From positions 27,956 to 91,955 of the forward strand of contig MWEK01000002.1 of the NCBI GenBank assembly GCA_002070955.1: 64,000 nt of DNA, written 5' to 3'. Source of the stretch: Planctomycetes bacterium ADurb.Bin069. Lineage in GTDB: Bacteria; Planctomycetota; UBA8108; UBA8890; UBA8898. Every line of letters starts with the position of its first letter. Position 1 is the stretch's first letter. A program made the translations under genes and the position numbers. Of the stretch, positions 63,319-64,000 are shown piece by piece. The notes below the pieces were generated by a model. The model saw nothing but the letters and a program-made list of their open reading frames with translations. It did no database searches and was not told the origin of the DNA.

Positions 63319-64000
63319 CACTTCTCCCCGGAAAGGCTCTTGAGGACCTCCTCGGCCTCCCTGGCCGCGGGCAAGAGCGTCCCGTCCAAGCTGCGGCCCT
63401 TTCTGACCGCGGCGCTCAGATGGATCCGGGCCCCCTTCACATTATCATCGCCGATATAGAAACGCGCCACGTACAGCTCGTAGCTCGCCTCCATGTTCTT
63501 GAGCTCCTCGATGCGCTCCCGCGCCTGCCTGGCCTCCGGGCCGGTCTCCCGCTTCTCCAGGTAGCGCTCGAAATGCCAGCGCGCCCTGACGATGGGGGTC
63601 GGGTCGCAGCGATAGCTCTTGATGCCGTGGTAGATGGCCGTGCCCACCTGAAAGTAGGCCTCCGGAACGAACTCGCTCCTGGGATACTGGGCGATGAGGC
63701 GCTCGTAGACCGGCCGGCATTCCTCCCATTGCTGCTTCCGGGCGTAATGGTTGGCGATGCTGAAGAGCGCATCGTCGCTGAAGCTCTCGTAGGGGTAGTC
63801 GCGCACGAGCTCATCCAGGACCTTGACACCGAAGGCGGAGGATCCGTAGGGGATGAAGCCCAGGAAGTAGCGGCTTGCCCTGCCTTCGAGGTAGTCGAGC
63901 CCGATTTGGTACTTGCGCTCGAGCGTCCGGCGCAGGAGATTGACGTCGGGACGCATCTTCAGCACCTGGTCGTAGCATTCAAGCGCGGCTTCGCAGTCCC
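63318..64000 (-). CDS. BamD/YfiO-like TPR lipoprotein, C-terminal part; 5' end beyond the window
   Basis: The frame stays open to the window edge; track start 63965 is a GTG. YPYESFSDDALFSIANHYARKQQWEECRPVYERLIAQYPRSEFVPEAYFQVG is typical of BamD-type TPRs. Confidence 0.5.
   Translation of the reverse strand, partial: DCEAALECYDQVLKMRPDVNLLRRTLERKYQIGLDYLEGRASRYFLGFIPYGSSAFGVKVLDELVRDYPYESFSDDALFSIANHYARKQQWEECRPVYERLIAQYPRSEFVPEAYFQVGTAIYHGIKSYRCDPTPIVRARWHFERYLEKRETGPEARQARERIEELKNMEASYELYVARFYIGDDNVKGARIHLSAAVRKGRSLDGTLLPAAREAEEVLKSLSGEK

Noticed and set aside
63954-64000. Numbering inconsistency at the window end. The last printed line has 41 bases, and the printed ...catcttc|cagcac... 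contains one more c than the track translation (MLKM...) requires.
   Set aside because: I treat it as a formatting artefact of the display, not biology. Coordinates up to 63959 agree with the track everywhere I checked. The BamD-like frame is open to the edge either way under the track version.

Overview
The window is a very GC-rich, gene-dense bacterial chromosome segment. I did not compute the GC value. Real genes show the usual high-GC codon pattern, and most long ORFs on the opposite strand are Arg/Pro/Ala-rich shadows. The domain repertoire points to a diderm bacterium, possibly PVC/Planctomycetota-like: BamD-like and LptE-like lipoproteins, many ECF sigma factors, DUF4388, PEGA, PQQ propellers, lamin-tail, dockerin-like and cohesin-like modules, and a pseudopilin-like domain. 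That placement is inference only.

Core content:
- A purine salvage pair.
- A tRNA-Sec plus selB module, and tRNA-Gln.
- rsgA, tilS and nadE.
- A Bacillus-like tadA / tRNA-Ser x2 / SRP RNA / dnaX / recR block.
- A long run of BamD-like, LptE-like, ftsH, folP, cdaA, ybbR-like and dapA.

Accessory or unusual content:
1. An eight-gene, translationally coupled membrane operon at 24531-34802. It encodes three SPFH (HflK/C-like) proteins, a P-type ATPase with no metal-binding domain, a NosF/NosY-like ABC module and an orphan exported protein.
2. Three adjacent genes with MshEN-type c-di-GMP-binding motifs at 10251-14654, bracketed by two ECF sigma/anti-sigma pairs. One anti-sigma ends in a pseudopilin (GspG)-like domain.
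3. A divergent actin-fold ATPase with a small partner gene, next to a decayed IS4-like transposase remnant.
4. Giant surface proteins carrying lamin-tail plus dockerin-like modules and a cohesin-like module.
5. Two unannotated Lys/Arg-rich microproteins.

I found no CRISPR array, rRNA or intact mobile element. The ORF track uses ATG, GTG and TTG starts all shown as M, so I re-derived many starts from the sequence. All family assignments come from motif recognition by eye, not from searches.
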